Assembly (NCBI GenBank): GCA_964649725.1
Contig: CAZYTM010000001.1
Location: 749,675-813,674, forward strand
Source: an uncultured Geobacteraceae bacterium
Lineage (GTDB): Bacteria; Desulfobacterota; Desulfuromonadia; Geobacterales; Geobacteraceae
Direction of reading: 5' to 3'
Length of the DNA stretch: 64,000 nucleotides
Shown here: in pieces, positions 18,877 to 29,284 of the stretch
How the letters are laid out: every line of letters begins with the position of its first letter
How positions within the stretch are numbered: the stretch's first letter is position 1
Translations under genes and position numbers: made by a program
Notes under the pieces: model-generated
Database searches by the model: none
Seen by the model: only the letters and a program-made list of their open reading frames with translations
Told to the model about the DNA's origin: nothing

Positions 18877-20883
18877 ATGTTTGATAATGTATGGCTTATA
18901 CCTCTCTTTCCACTGATCGGCTTTCTGATTAACGGCCTGTTCGGGAAGAAAATCAAGGACGAAAAAGTCATCGGCGGGATAGGCTCACTAGCAGTGTTCG
19001 GCTCATTTGTAGTCGCGAGCATGACACTTGTTAAAATGATTCAGCAGCCGATCCATGAGCGGGTGCACAACGTTACGGTCTTCACCTGGATAAAATCCGG
19101 GACATTCCAGGCGGATATCGGCTTCCTGATAGACCCTCTCTCTTGTGTTATGTTGATGGTGGTTACCGGTGTAGGTTTCCTGATCCACATATACTCCATC
19201 GGCTACATGCATGGAGAAGAAGGATTCTATCGCTTCTTCGCCTACCTCAATCTTTTCACCTTTTCCATGCTTCTGCTGGTGATGGGTAACAATTTGCTGC
19301 TGATGTTTGTCGGCTGGGAAGGTGTCGGCCTCTGTTCATATCTGTTGATTGGTTACTATTTTCATAAGAAATCAGCTGGTGATGCCGGTAAAAAGGCATT
19401 CGTTATGAACCGGGTAGGTGACTTCGGTTTCCTCTTGGGGCTATTTACTCTTTACTGGTGGCTTGGTCAGAACCACAACATCTGGACAATCCAGTTCACC
19501 GAGTTAGGTAAGCATGCCGAACTTTTTCAGGGTTGTACTCTGCTGACAGCAATAACACTCTTTTTCTTTCTTGGTGCAACAGGTAAATCTGCGCAGATTC
19601 CGCTCTACACCTGGTTGCCAGACGCGATGGAAGGCCCGACTCCTGTTTCCGCCCTTATCCATGCAGCTACCATGGTAACTGCTGGTGTATACATGATTGG
19701 TCGGATGAATTTCCTTTATATCCAGGCTCCTACAACTATGATGGTGGTAGCCCTGGTAGGTGGAGCAACTGCCCTCTTTGCTGCTACCATCGGTACGGCT
19801 CAGAATGACATCAAGCGCGTACTTGCGTATTCAACTGTTTCTCAGCTTGGTTATATGTTTCTGGCAATGGGTGTTGGTGCCTTTGCCGCTGGTATCTTTC
19901 ATCTTATGACGCATGCATTCTTTAAGGCCTGCCTCTTCCTCGGTTCCGGTGCAGTTATCCACTCCATGCACCATGCATTGCACCATGTCCACTCTCATGA
20001 CGATGCCCAGGATATGCGTAATATGGGTGGACTTAAATCAAAAATGCCACTTACATATTGGACTTTTCTCATAGCAACAATTGCCATTGCAGGTATACCG
20101 CCATTAGCCGGATTCTTCAGTAAAGATGAAATCCTCTGGATGGCATTTGCCAACCCTCATCACGGTAGTCTTAACTACCTGCTTTGGGGCTGTGGTGCTG
20201 TAGCAGCAGGACTCACAGCATTTTACATGTTCCGTTTAGTGTTCATGACCTTTTGGGGAGAATGTCGGATTACCCCTAAGGCTAAGGATCATCTCCATGA
20301 ATCGCCGATGGTAATAGTTATCCCTCTTATTGTTCTAGCGTTTCTCTCAATAGTCGGCGGCTGGATCGGTATACCGAAGCTTATCGGTAACGTTATTGGG
20401 GGCGTGGCAAATCATTTTGAACATTTCCTGGCACCGGTATTTGAGTTTTCTGAAGAGTTTGCTAAAGCTCACGCACATGGTGGGCCGCACCCAAGTCATG
20501 CTGTCGAATGGGGGTTGATGGGTCTATCAGTAGTGATTGCTGTAATCGGTATTTTCACTGCCTTTTCACTATATGTACTGAATACCTCTCTGCCGGGCAA
20601 GATTACGGCTGCTTTTCCTGCTCTGCACCGGGCGGTTTACAACAAATGGTATATTGACGAGCTGTATGACTTTCTCTTTGTCAACCCTTGTAAGGCGCTG
20701 GGTAACTACCTCTGGAAGGGCTTCGATGTAGTTGTAATAGATGGAATTGTTGACGGGACAGCTTATGTTATCAAAGGATTCAGCGGAGTGTTGCGTCACA
20801 TTCAGTCAGGGTATGTGCATAATTATGCGTTCTCCATGGCGCTCGGCGTGGTGGTAATCCTCGCCTTCTATATTTTCCACTAG
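18877..20883 (+). CDS. nuoL: NADH-quinone oxidoreductase subunit L
   Basis: ND5-like antiporter subunit, 668 aa (FVGWEGVGLCSYLLIGYY, TWLPDAMEGPTPVSALIHAATMV). Confidence 0.95.
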   Translation: MFDNVWLIPLFPLIGFLINGLFGKKIKDEKVIGGIGSLAVFGSFVVASMTLVKMIQQPIHERVHNVTVFTWIKSGTFQADIGFLIDPLSCVMLMVVTGVGFLIHIYSIGYMHGEEGFYRFFAYLNLFTFSMLLLVMGNNLLLMFVGWEGVGLCSYLLIGYYFHKKSAGDAGKKAFVMNRVGDFGFLLGLFTLYWWLGQNHNIWTIQFTELGKHAELFQGCTLLTAITLFFFLGATGKSAQIPLYTWLPDAMEGPTPVSALIHAATMVTAGVYMIGRMNFLYIQAPTTMMVVALVGGATALFAATIGTAQNDIKRVLAYSTVSQLGYMFLAMGVGAFAAGIFHLMTHAFFKACLFLGSGAVIHSMHHALHHVHSHDDAQDMRNMGGLKSKMPLTYWTFLIATIAIAGIPPLAGFFSKDEILWMAFANPHHGSLNYLLWGCGAVAAGLTAFYMFRLVFMTFWGECRITPKAKDHLHESPMVIVIPLIVLAFLSIVGGWIGIPKLIGNVIGGVANHFEHFLAPVFEFSEEFAKAHAHGGPHPSHAVEWGLMGLSVVIAVIGIFTAFSLYVLNTSLPGKITAAFPALHRAVYNKWYIDELYDFLFVNPCKALGNYLWKGFDVVVIDGIVDGTAYVIKGFSGVLRHIQSGYVHNYAFSMALGVVVILAFYIFH

Positions 20884-20931
20884 GAGCAGCAAGGTTACGT
20901 ATTTTCAACCGAAGCAAAGGAGCAGAGATTC

Positions 20932-22497
20932 ATGAACCTACTGACCATAATGACATTCACCCCCTTGGTGGGGGTCATTCTCCTGTTCTTTATCAATAAG
21001 AACAACCTCTCCTTGCTGCGGGGAGTAGCCATGGCAGCGTCAATCGTCGCCTTTTTGGTGTCGATACCGCTGGTTACAGGGTTCCAGACAAACGCTGACT
21101 ATCAGTTTGTCGAGAACCTGCCCTGGATAGCGGTCGGACCGTTTCAGATGAACTATCATATAGGTATCGATGGAATAAGCCTATGGCTGGTGATACTGAC
21201 TACGTTCATCATGCCGATTGCTATACTCTCAACCTATACTGCCGTTGAGGAGAGGGTTAAGGAGTATATGATCTGCCTACTCCTTTTGGAAATAGGTATG
21301 CTCGGCGCATTCATCTCCCTAGATCTCTTCCTTTTCTATATCTTCTGGGAAGTTATGTTGATTCCGATGTATTTCATCATTGGTATCTGGGGTGGCAAGC
21401 AGAAGATTTATGCGGCAATCAAGTTCTTCATCTATACAATGGCTGGCTCAGTGCTGATGCTAGTCGCACTTATTGTCCTTTATTTCCTTGGCATAAAAGG
21501 TGGTTACCAGAATTTTAACCTTGTAAATTTCTATAGTCTGAGCATTGACCCAGCGGTGCAGACTTGGTTATTTCTTGCTTTTGCCTTTTCCTTTGCCATC
21601 AAAGTTCCGCTCTTTCCAGTTCATACATGGTTGCCACTGGCACATACTGAAGCACCGACCGCCGGATCTGTAATTTTGGCTGCAATTCTTTTGAAGATGG
21701 GGACATACGGTTATGTCCGATTTGCCATGCCACTCTTCCCCGATGCATCTGCTCAATTCACTCCTTTGATAGCCACCCTAGCAGTGATAGGCATTATTTA
21801 TGCTGCTTTGGTAGCAATGGTGCAGGAAGATGTTAAGAAGTTGGTTGCCTACTCATCAGTGGCCCACTTGGGCTTTGTTATGCTTGGTATCTTTGCTCTC
21901 AACCAGCAAGGTGTAGCCGGTGGCATGTTACAGATGTTGAATCATGGTGTATCAACCGGCGCACTCTTCCTTATTGTCGGCTTCATTTATGAACGTCGTC
22001 ATACACGACTCATCACTGACTTTGGTGGTCTCTCAAAACAGATGCCTATCTTTGCTACAATCTTCATGATTGTCACCCTTTCATCTATTGGTCTTCCAGG
22101 TACCAACGGGTTTGTCGGTGAATTTCTGGTTCTGCTGGGAGCTTTTGAAAGTAGTCTGCGCTGGTTTGCAGTAATTGCCACCAGCGGGGTCATCCTTTCT
22201 GCAGTATATATGCTCTGGATGTTCCAGCGGGTTATGTTTGGCGAACTTAACAATCCAAAAAACAAAGTTTTGGAAGACCTTAATGCCAGAGAAATTACTA
22301 TCATGGTACCTTTAGTCGCATTAATCTTCATTATGGGTGTTTATCCTAATCCTTTTATCGAGAAGATGGCGCCGTCCATTGACAAGATGATCACCCAGAG
22401 TAAAGCCAAGAAGGTTGTGACGCAGGCACCTGCAGGGTCAGTCACTCCACAGATTGCTGTTCCCGTAGCCGCACCGTCGGCTGCTGAGGTAAAATAG
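20932..22497 (+). CDS. nuoM: NADH-quinone oxidoreductase subunit M
   Basis: ND4-like (FYIFWEVMLIPMYFIIGIWG, HTWLPLAHTEAPTAGSVILA); Ala/Pro-rich C-terminal tail. Confidence 0.95.
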   Translation: MNLLTIMTFTPLVGVILLFFINKNNLSLLRGVAMAASIVAFLVSIPLVTGFQTNADYQFVENLPWIAVGPFQMNYHIGIDGISLWLVILTTFIMPIAILSTYTAVEERVKEYMICLLLLEIGMLGAFISLDLFLFYIFWEVMLIPMYFIIGIWGGKQKIYAAIKFFIYTMAGSVLMLVALIVLYFLGIKGGYQNFNLVNFYSLSIDPAVQTWLFLAFAFSFAIKVPLFPVHTWLPLAHTEAPTAGSVILAAILLKMGTYGYVRFAMPLFPDASAQFTPLIATLAVIGIIYAALVAMVQEDVKKLVAYSSVAHLGFVMLGIFALNQQGVAGGMLQMLNHGVSTGALFLIVGFIYERRHTRLITDFGGLSKQMPIFATIFMIVTLSSIGLPGTNGFVGEFLVLLGAFESSLRWFAVIATSGVILSAVYMLWMFQRVMFGELNNPKNKVLEDLNAREITIMVPLVALIFIMGVYPNPFIEKMAPSIDKMITQSKAKKVVTQAPAGSVTPQIAVPVAAPSAAEVK

Positions 22498-22530
22498 CTG
22501 AGTATCAGAACCGTTACCGGAGGGTTATAG

Positions 22531-23994
22531 ATGGAAACAATTGCAATGCCGGCTATCAATTTTGCCGCAATCATGCCCGAGACGATACTATCTGTCGTCG
22601 CTATGGTGCTGCTGCTTGTAAATGTCTTTGTTAAGAGCGAGCAGAAGGCATATCTGGGGTATCTCAGCTTAATTGGGCTCATAATCTCGTTCATTACCGT
22701 TATAAGCGGTTGGAACGCAGCACCTGCAGTGCAGTCCGGTTTTGATGGGTCAGTACTACAGGACAATTTTTCGCTATTTTTTAAAGCGATCTTTCTTGTT
22801 ACGGCAATTCTGACCATACTCATAACAGACCAGTATATGGAGCGAGAAGGATGTAACCATGGTGAGTATTATCCGCTCATTCTTCTGGCCACTGCTGGCA
22901 TGATGTTTATGGCTTCCGGCACGGACCTGATGACCATTTTTCTCGGGCTGGAGGTTCTTTCAGTCTCCCTTTATGTACTGGCAGGTTTTAATCGCGATAA
23001 TCTTCGATCAAATGAGGCGGGACTCAAATATTTTCTTTTAGGCGCCTTCTCTACAGGTTTCCTGCTCTATGGGATGGCGTTGACCTACGGCGCAACCGGT
23101 ACTACAAAAATTGCGAAAATTGCAGCTTTTATAGCCCAGAACAGTATAGTTTCAACTAGCCCGATGTTTGTTGTCGGCATGCTTCTTATGGCGGTCGGAT
23201 TTTCATTCAAGATAGCTGCCGCCCCTTTTCATATGTGGACGCCTGATGTTTATGAAGGTGCACCGACACCTATTACCGCCTTTATGTCAGCAGGGCCCAA
23301 GGCAGCCGGTTTTGCCGCCTTTCTACGCGTATTTATTGTAGCGTTGCCGTCGTTGAAAGCAGACTATACAGATCTTCTCTGGGTTCTCGCTGTAATAACA
23401 ATGACGGTTGGTAACATCATTGCCCTATCTCAGGACAATATTAAACGTGTACTTGCTTACTCTTCCATAGCTCATGCCGGTTATGCACTGGTAGGATTCA
23501 CTGCTGGAAATACCGAAGGGACTGCAGGTATTCTCTTCTATATGCTCTCTTATGCATTTATGAACATTGGGGCTTTTGCAATTATTATACTTGTCGGCAA
23601 GAAGGGTGAGCAGAATAATAATGTAATGGATTATGCAGGTTTTGGTTTCAAACATCCGTTGCTCGGCATGTTAATGGCCCTTTTCCTCTTTTCACTGGCA
23701 GGAATGCCGCCTACTGCAGGATTCATAGGTAAATTTTATCTCTTCTCCGGCGCAATCAAGGCCGGCTATATCTGGCTTGCCATTATCGGTGTACTTAACA
23801 GTGCTGCATCGGTTTACTATTATCTGAGAATAATGGTATATATGTACATGAAGGAGCCTGTAGAGGAGTTCGACTGGCTCAAAGTGACGCCAGCAATTGG
23901 TCTCTCTCTTGCTATATCAGCAATCGGCGTGTTGGTCCCAGGTGTGGTGCCTAGTCTGCTTCTTGAGTTGGCGCAAAAAGCAATTCAGTTCTAA
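22531..23994 (+). CDS. nuoN: NADH-quinone oxidoreductase subunit N
   Basis: ND2-like (FHMWTPDVYEGAPTPITAFMS); last gene of the operon. Confidence 0.95.
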   Translation: METIAMPAINFAAIMPETILSVVAMVLLLVNVFVKSEQKAYLGYLSLIGLIISFITVISGWNAAPAVQSGFDGSVLQDNFSLFFKAIFLVTAILTILITDQYMEREGCNHGEYYPLILLATAGMMFMASGTDLMTIFLGLEVLSVSLYVLAGFNRDNLRSNEAGLKYFLLGAFSTGFLLYGMALTYGATGTTKIAKIAAFIAQNSIVSTSPMFVVGMLLMAVGFSFKIAAAPFHMWTPDVYEGAPTPITAFMSAGPKAAGFAAFLRVFIVALPSLKADYTDLLWVLAVITMTVGNIIALSQDNIKRVLAYSSIAHAGYALVGFTAGNTEGTAGILFYMLSYAFMNIGAFAIIILVGKKGEQNNNVMDYAGFGFKHPLLGMLMALFLFSLAGMPPTAGFIGKFYLFSGAIKAGYIWLAIIGVLNSAASVYYYLRIMVYMYMKEPVEEFDWLKVTPAIGLSLAISAIGVLVPGVVPSLLLELAQKAIQF

Positions 23995-24017
23995 TTTTAA
24001 TCGTAATATAAATAACT

Positions 24018-24054
24018 AACCCCCTCAATGTTCAAAGACGTTGAGGGGGTTTTT
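24018..24054 (+). terminator. Rho-independent terminator of the nuo operon
   Basis: aaccccctcaa / loop / ttgagggggtt followed by tttt, 24 nt after the nuoN stop. Confidence 0.75.
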
Positions 24055-24210
24055 AGTATCAAAAATATGTTGATACTTTATCTTATCTATATAGGCAGAC
24101 TTTATTTTGTATTGAATTTATAGCAGTTATTAAGTTTTATCTTAGTACTGTAAAGGATACTAGAATATTTGTAATATAAGAGACTTCGTGTAAGAAATGA
24201 TGTCATATAT

Positions 24211-25122
24211 ATGGAAAAGCGTTATCATACCTTTGCCGATGAACTAAAGTTAAAATTTGGCTGCCGAGTACATCGAATCTCTATTGATGCTGGTTTCAGT
24301 TGCCCAAACCGGGATGGCAATATAAGCAGCAAAGGGTGCAGTTATTGCGGGGTAGAGGGCTCTGGTGCGCATGGTATAGCTCGTGAACTTTCGATTGCGG
24401 AACAGCTTAATCATGGCAAGGAGATAATGATTCGGAAGTACAAGGCAAGGAAGTTCCTGGCTTATTTTCAGGCATTTACCAATACATATGCACCACCTGA
24501 GCGAATCCGCACTCTCTATGATGAAGCGCTGGCAGTACCTGATATTGTAGGACTTATTGTCGGTACCCGCCCTGATTGCCTGCCGCAGGCAGTAATTGAA
24601 CTCTTATGTGAATATGACAAGCGCACCTATTTCTGGCTAGAAATTGGCCTCCAGTCAGGACAGGATCGAACGCTGAAGCGTCTTAACCGAGGACACGATG
24701 TAAAAAGTTTTATCGCTGCTGTACAGCAGGTCAAAAAGCACGACATAAGAGTCTGCGCCCATGTAATCCTCGGTTTGCCAGAAGAAAGTAAAGAGGAGAT
24801 GCTTTCCATGGTGCATTTGCTGAATGGACTTGAAATCGATGGGGTAAAACTGCACCTGCTCCATGTTCTGACCGGGACTCGACTGGCAGAGGAGTATGAA
24901 CGTGACGAATTTCGAATTCTGGAGCGGGACGAATACGTCGAGCTGGTTTGTGATTTTCTGGAACGGCTCCGGCCAGATATCCTGATCCACCGTCTGACCG
25001 GTGACGGTCACCGGGATTCGCTATTGGCACCACTATGGTCTCTTGCTAAATTCGAGGTGCTGAACGCTATAGATAACGAATTGTCCAGACGCGGCTCAAG
25101 GCAGGGGATACTATTCGTTTGA
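24211..25122 (+). CDS. Radical SAM protein, TIGR01212 (YhcC-like) family
   Basis: Family-typical N-terminal FSCPNRDGNISSKGCSYCG cluster region and 303-aa length. Confidence 0.75.
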   Translation: MEKRYHTFADELKLKFGCRVHRISIDAGFSCPNRDGNISSKGCSYCGVEGSGAHGIARELSIAEQLNHGKEIMIRKYKARKFLAYFQAFTNTYAPPERIRTLYDEALAVPDIVGLIVGTRPDCLPQAVIELLCEYDKRTYFWLEIGLQSGQDRTLKRLNRGHDVKSFIAAVQQVKKHDIRVCAHVILGLPEESKEEMLSMVHLLNGLEIDGVKLHLLHVLTGTRLAEEYERDEFRILERDEYVELVCDFLERLRPDILIHRLTGDGHRDSLLAPLWSLAKFEVLNAIDNELSRRGSRQGILFV

Positions 25123-25187
25123 TAATCCATGTTAGTAGTGTGATGTAAATAGGGTGGAATCAGCTTGTCCGAATTGCAATAAAGAAG

Positions 25188-26462
25188 CTAAAAAGGGTAG
25201 CCTAATCCGACGAATACAGCTGGGCCGTCATTGCCAAAACCGACATCAATCCGGCCGACAATATTTGGGCGAATGACAGCGCGGAAGCCGAAGCCGGGGT
25301 TGAACTCAAAGGTATTGGTACCGACTCGGTCGAATCGATCCATTACTGTACCGAAATCGATAAATGGAGCTATCTCCCAGTCGGCTAGGACACCGAAAAT
25401 CTCCCAGCGGAAGAGACGTATCCGCTCCTCGAGGTTGAGCAGCAAATAGCAGTTGTCGATGAAGCGGTTACGACCATAGCCGCGCAAACTGTTTTCTCCG
25501 CCCAGGATACTCTGCTCCAGAAATGGTACTCCCCCCCCCAAGGTCTGATTGTAGACCAGACGGAAGACGGAAATGTGACGTTTAACCCTGTCCAGAGGGA
25601 TGAATCCTTTCATCTCCATTTCATAATGACGATAATTTTCGCTACTCCCCAAGAGCTTTGAACTGTTTTCTATCGACATCTTGACAAATCCACCTGTAGT
25701 AGGTGTTATTGGTGAATTTAGAGTGCTGTATATCAGAGCTAGCTTCTGTGCATGAGTCGTGAAGCCCTCCATACCTGGCACCTCACTGGTTGTATAGCGG
25801 TCACGAATAAAGGGGATCTGCCTGATAGCGCCAGAACGGATGACGACGTCACGCACGCGTTCGCCGATTACCAGCTGGAAATTCTTTCCCAACGGATATC
25901 CTATAGAAGCGGTGAAACCAAGTTCCTGGTCGGTATAGTTGGTTTCATTCGCCTTGGCTGAATTAGACTGGAAGCCGAAGAAGCGCGCTGAACCGTCAGC
26001 AAAATAGTAGAAAAAAGAGTTAAGGTCGAGCTTTTTGTCAGCCAGGAATTTATCATTGTATTTCAGCTCGTAGTCTTCATTTATATGTGATGATTTGGAT
26101 AAGTTGAACTCCCAGTACTGTTCTGGAGTTGGATAGAAAGAACCGTACAGGGTAGAGGAGACACCGAAATTCTTGTTGTAGTTGATCTGTGGCGCTAAAA
26201 GTGAAGTGACCTCGTCCTTCTTATTGTGCAGGAGAAATGCCCCCAGACCACCGTAGGTAACCCCTTCGTTGGGGCTGGCAGCTATTACCGGCAGCGGGAT
26301 ACTGACCAGTTTGACCTGTTCGCCTGATTCCTCGTTTATAATAGGATAGGGTAGCTTTTCCTTCGGGACCATAGTAGTACAAGCAGATAGTCCTAAAAGA
26401 ATAGGAAATAATATAACAGCCCTGAATTGAAAAAAAATTAGCTTGGTGAGCATAAACCTCAA
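25188..26462 (-). CDS. Omp85/surface-antigen (Bac_surface_Ag) family outer-membrane beta-barrel with a lipobox-like signal peptide
   Basis: LLGLSAC lipobox, GGENSLRGYGRNRF motif, alternating beta-strand pattern, C-terminal ...VGLGYPF beta-signal ending in Phe. Confidence 0.65.
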   Translation of the reverse strand: MRFMLTKLIFFQFRAVILFPILLGLSACTTMVPKEKLPYPIINEESGEQVKLVSIPLPVIAASPNEGVTYGGLGAFLLHNKKDEVTSLLAPQINYNKNFGVSSTLYGSFYPTPEQYWEFNLSKSSHINEDYELKYNDKFLADKKLDLNSFFYYFADGSARFFGFQSNSAKANETNYTDQELGFTASIGYPLGKNFQLVIGERVRDVVIRSGAIRQIPFIRDRYTTSEVPGMEGFTTHAQKLALIYSTLNSPITPTTGGFVKMSIENSSKLLGSSENYRHYEMEMKGFIPLDRVKRHISVFRLVYNQTLGGGVPFLEQSILGGENSLRGYGRNRFIDNCYLLLNLEERIRLFRWEIFGVLADWEIAPFIDFGTVMDRFDRVGTNTFEFNPGFGFRAVIRPNIVGRIDVGFGNDGPAVFVGLGYPF

Positions 26463-26538
26463 GGAAAGATATAGCAGATTGTATACCTAAATATTTGGAC
26501 TGTTAGGAAAGATAACGGGTTGTAAGGGAGAATTCAAC

Positions 26539-26567
26539 AAAAAAAGGGGGCTTTAGCCCCCTTTTTT
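26539..26567 (-). terminator. Rho-independent terminator downstream of glgP (symmetrical A/T runs)
   Basis: aaaaaaagggggc-ttta-gccccctttttt hairpin 7 nt beyond the glgP stop. Confidence 0.75.
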
Positions 26568-26573
26568 GAGAGT

Positions 26574-29138
26574 TTAACCCCAGGCGAGGAGACCCGGTTC
26601 GTAGACCAAACCGAGTTGCGGATGTTTCGGCATCACTCGGAGCATGAAGCCGTGCCGGCCACAGAAACTGCATTCGAGTGTGGCGCTGAACTGCTGCACG
26701 CCGTGATCTGCATCACCATCCGCTTGCAACGAGACCAGCTCACCACCGATAATGGCACCGACCGAGTCGAGTACACCGTAATAGACCTCTACTGCAACAT
26801 CATTTAGCGGTATTTCGCCGAGGGCGACCCGGACCCGGATCGGGATCTTGCTGCCGACGGCGATTTCGGTGGCCAATTCCGCCTCCACCGAGTCGATTCT
26901 TACATGGTGCCAGAGACGATGGAGACGCTCTTTCCAATGTGCAAGTTCAATTGCCAATGCGATATCATTGCGGTTGAGATGGTCCCACTGGTCAAAAGAT
27001 GGCATATAGAAGAGTTCGGTATACTCCTGCACCATCCGGTCGGTGCTGAAAACCGGACAGAGGCTTTGCAGGGAGGCCTTCATACAGGATATCCAGCCAC
27101 GCGGGATACCGTCAACCCCTCGGTCATAGAAAAGAGGAATGATCTCCTTCTCCAGCAGGTCATAAATGGCCCGCCCCTCCACCTCATTCTGATACTCCAT
27201 GTCGTCATAGACCTCGCCACGCCCGATTGCCCAGCCATTGTTCCCTTTGTACCCCTCGCACCACCAACCATCCAGAATGCTCATATTGAGGCCGCCGTTG
27301 AAAGCAACTTTCATCCCGCTGGTGCCACTTGCCTCCATGGGGCGCCGCGGAGTATTTAGCCAGACATCCACCCCTTGCACCAAATGGCGTGCAACGGCCA
27401 TATCATAATCTTCAAGAAAGACGATCCTGTGGCGGAACTGCTCTTGGTGAGAGAGTTGAACGATCTGGCGGATCAACTCCTTCCCTTGATGGTCTGCCGG
27501 ATGGGCTTTGCCAGCAAAGATTATTTGTACTGGCCGGGTCGGGTCGTTGAGTAGCCGTGCCAATCTTTCGATATCTCGCAGTAGAAGGGTGCCTCGCTTA
27601 TATGTGGCAAAGCGGCGGGCAAAACCGATGGTAAGGATATCCGGGTCGAGCACTTCGTCGGCCACTGCAATCTCCTTGGCAGTAGCGCCGACCTGTTTGA
27701 GCTGGTCCTTGAGACGTTTCCTGGCATAGTCAACCAGCCGTTCCCGACCACGCCGGTGGGTCCGCCAAAGTTCGGCATCGGGTATGCGCGAAACGCGACG
27801 CCAGGTAGCAGAGTCGGCTGCATCATCAAGCCAGCGGGTGCCGAGATATCGGATCAGCAGACCGGCCATCTCCGAGGATATCCAGGTTTTGATATGTACA
27901 CCGTTGGTGATGGAAGTGAGCGGCAGATGCTCTTCCGGTAGGTCGGGCCAGAGGTTACGCCACATCTTACGTGAAACTTCGCCGTGAAGCTGGCTGACTC
28001 CATTTACATGGTCGGCCAAGCGTAGCGCTAGGACTGCCATACAAAAGGTTTCGTGAGAGTTGCGTGGATTCTGGCGGCCGAGGCCGAGAAACTCTTCGCG
28101 AGATATACCAAGGCTGCGGTAGTAACGACCGAGAAATTTTTCCAGCAGGTCGGCGGCAAAATGATCGATTCCAGCCTCTACCGGAGTGTGGGTAGTAAAG
28201 ACATTCCCAGCTCTTACTGCCTCCCGTGCTTCATTGAAACGGAGCTTGCGTTCTTCCATTAGCAGACGAATCCGCTCCAGAGCGAGAAAAGCGGCATGAC
28301 CTTCGTTCATATGACAGACATTCGGTTCGATGCCGAGCAGGCGCAGTGCACGTACGCCACCTATTCCGAGCAGAATCTCCTGGCGGATACGCATATCCTG
28401 ATCACCACCATAAAGGCGGGTGGTGATCTCCCGGTCTTCCGGGGCATTCTCCTCAAGGTTGGTATCGAGCAGGTAGAGTGGTACCCGTCCTACCTGGACC
28501 TTCCAGATATGCACCTTGACACGCTGGCTAGCCATGTCGATGTCAAATGTCAGCGGTGCACCGGTGGCATCGCGCTCCAGACGGAGCGGCAGGTTGTAGA
28601 AGTCATTCTCAGGGTAGAACTCCTGCTGCCACCCTTCAATGTTCAGATATTGACGGAAATACCCCTGTCTGTAGAGGAGCCCTACACCAACCAGGGGGAT
28701 CCCCAAGTCGCTGGCAGACTTCAAATGGTCGCCAGCCAGTATCCCAAGTCCACCTGAATAGATGGGTAACGACTCGTGCAGGCCAAATTCCATGGAAAAA
28801 TAGGCGATTCGCATCGGCTTGTTGCCATTGTAACGCCTGTCAAACCAGGTTTTTGCGGAAAGATAATCGGTCAGTTTCTCATCCACCTGAGCCAGATGAG
28901 ACATGAACCCTTCGTCGGATTGGAGGGCTTCCAAGGTGGTCTGCTGCAAAATACCGAGCATTTCCACTGGATTGTGCCTGGTATCCTTCCAAAGTTCCGG
29001 ATCAAGGCGCTTGAATAGCTCAATTGCCTCAGGTTCCCAACTCCAGCATAGGTTATAGGCGATACGCTGCAGTGCAGCCAATTCATCAGGGAGAGAAGGT
29101 ACAACAGTGAAGCGGTGCATCAATTTGCTGAAATCCAT
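26574..29138 (-). CDS. glgP: Alpha-glucan (glycogen/maltodextrin) phosphorylase, GT35
   Basis: 854 aa. GGLGILAGDHLKSASDLG and the PLP-lysine motif MEASGTSGMKVAFNGGLN. Confidence 0.9.
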   Translation of the reverse strand: MDFSKLMHRFTVVPSLPDELAALQRIAYNLCWSWEPEAIELFKRLDPELWKDTRHNPVEMLGILQQTTLEALQSDEGFMSHLAQVDEKLTDYLSAKTWFDRRYNGNKPMRIAYFSMEFGLHESLPIYSGGLGILAGDHLKSASDLGIPLVGVGLLYRQGYFRQYLNIEGWQQEFYPENDFYNLPLRLERDATGAPLTFDIDMASQRVKVHIWKVQVGRVPLYLLDTNLEENAPEDREITTRLYGGDQDMRIRQEILLGIGGVRALRLLGIEPNVCHMNEGHAAFLALERIRLLMEERKLRFNEAREAVRAGNVFTTHTPVEAGIDHFAADLLEKFLGRYYRSLGISREEFLGLGRQNPRNSHETFCMAVLALRLADHVNGVSQLHGEVSRKMWRNLWPDLPEEHLPLTSITNGVHIKTWISSEMAGLLIRYLGTRWLDDAADSATWRRVSRIPDAELWRTHRRGRERLVDYARKRLKDQLKQVGATAKEIAVADEVLDPDILTIGFARRFATYKRGTLLLRDIERLARLLNDPTRPVQIIFAGKAHPADHQGKELIRQIVQLSHQEQFRHRIVFLEDYDMAVARHLVQGVDVWLNTPRRPMEASGTSGMKVAFNGGLNMSILDGWWCEGYKGNNGWAIGRGEVYDDMEYQNEVEGRAIYDLLEKEIIPLFYDRGVDGIPRGWISCMKASLQSLCPVFSTDRMVQEYTELFYMPSFDQWDHLNRNDIALAIELAHWKERLHRLWHHVRIDSVEAELATEIAVGSKIPIRVRVALGEIPLNDVAVEVYYGVLDSVGAIIGGELVSLQADGDADHGVQQFSATLECSFCGRHGFMLRVMPKHPQLGLVYEPGLLAWG

Positions 29139-29284
29139 GGTATAGCTCCGGAATTATTGATTGGGGTGCAAAAGCGTTGCATTAAGCTAGCTTTGTCGAG
29201 GCTGTCTGAAATAAATAGGGCTTAACTAAACTACTAAAGCAAATGATAGCAGAAGGAATGTTCTGCACAAGTCTAAGGCTCCAG

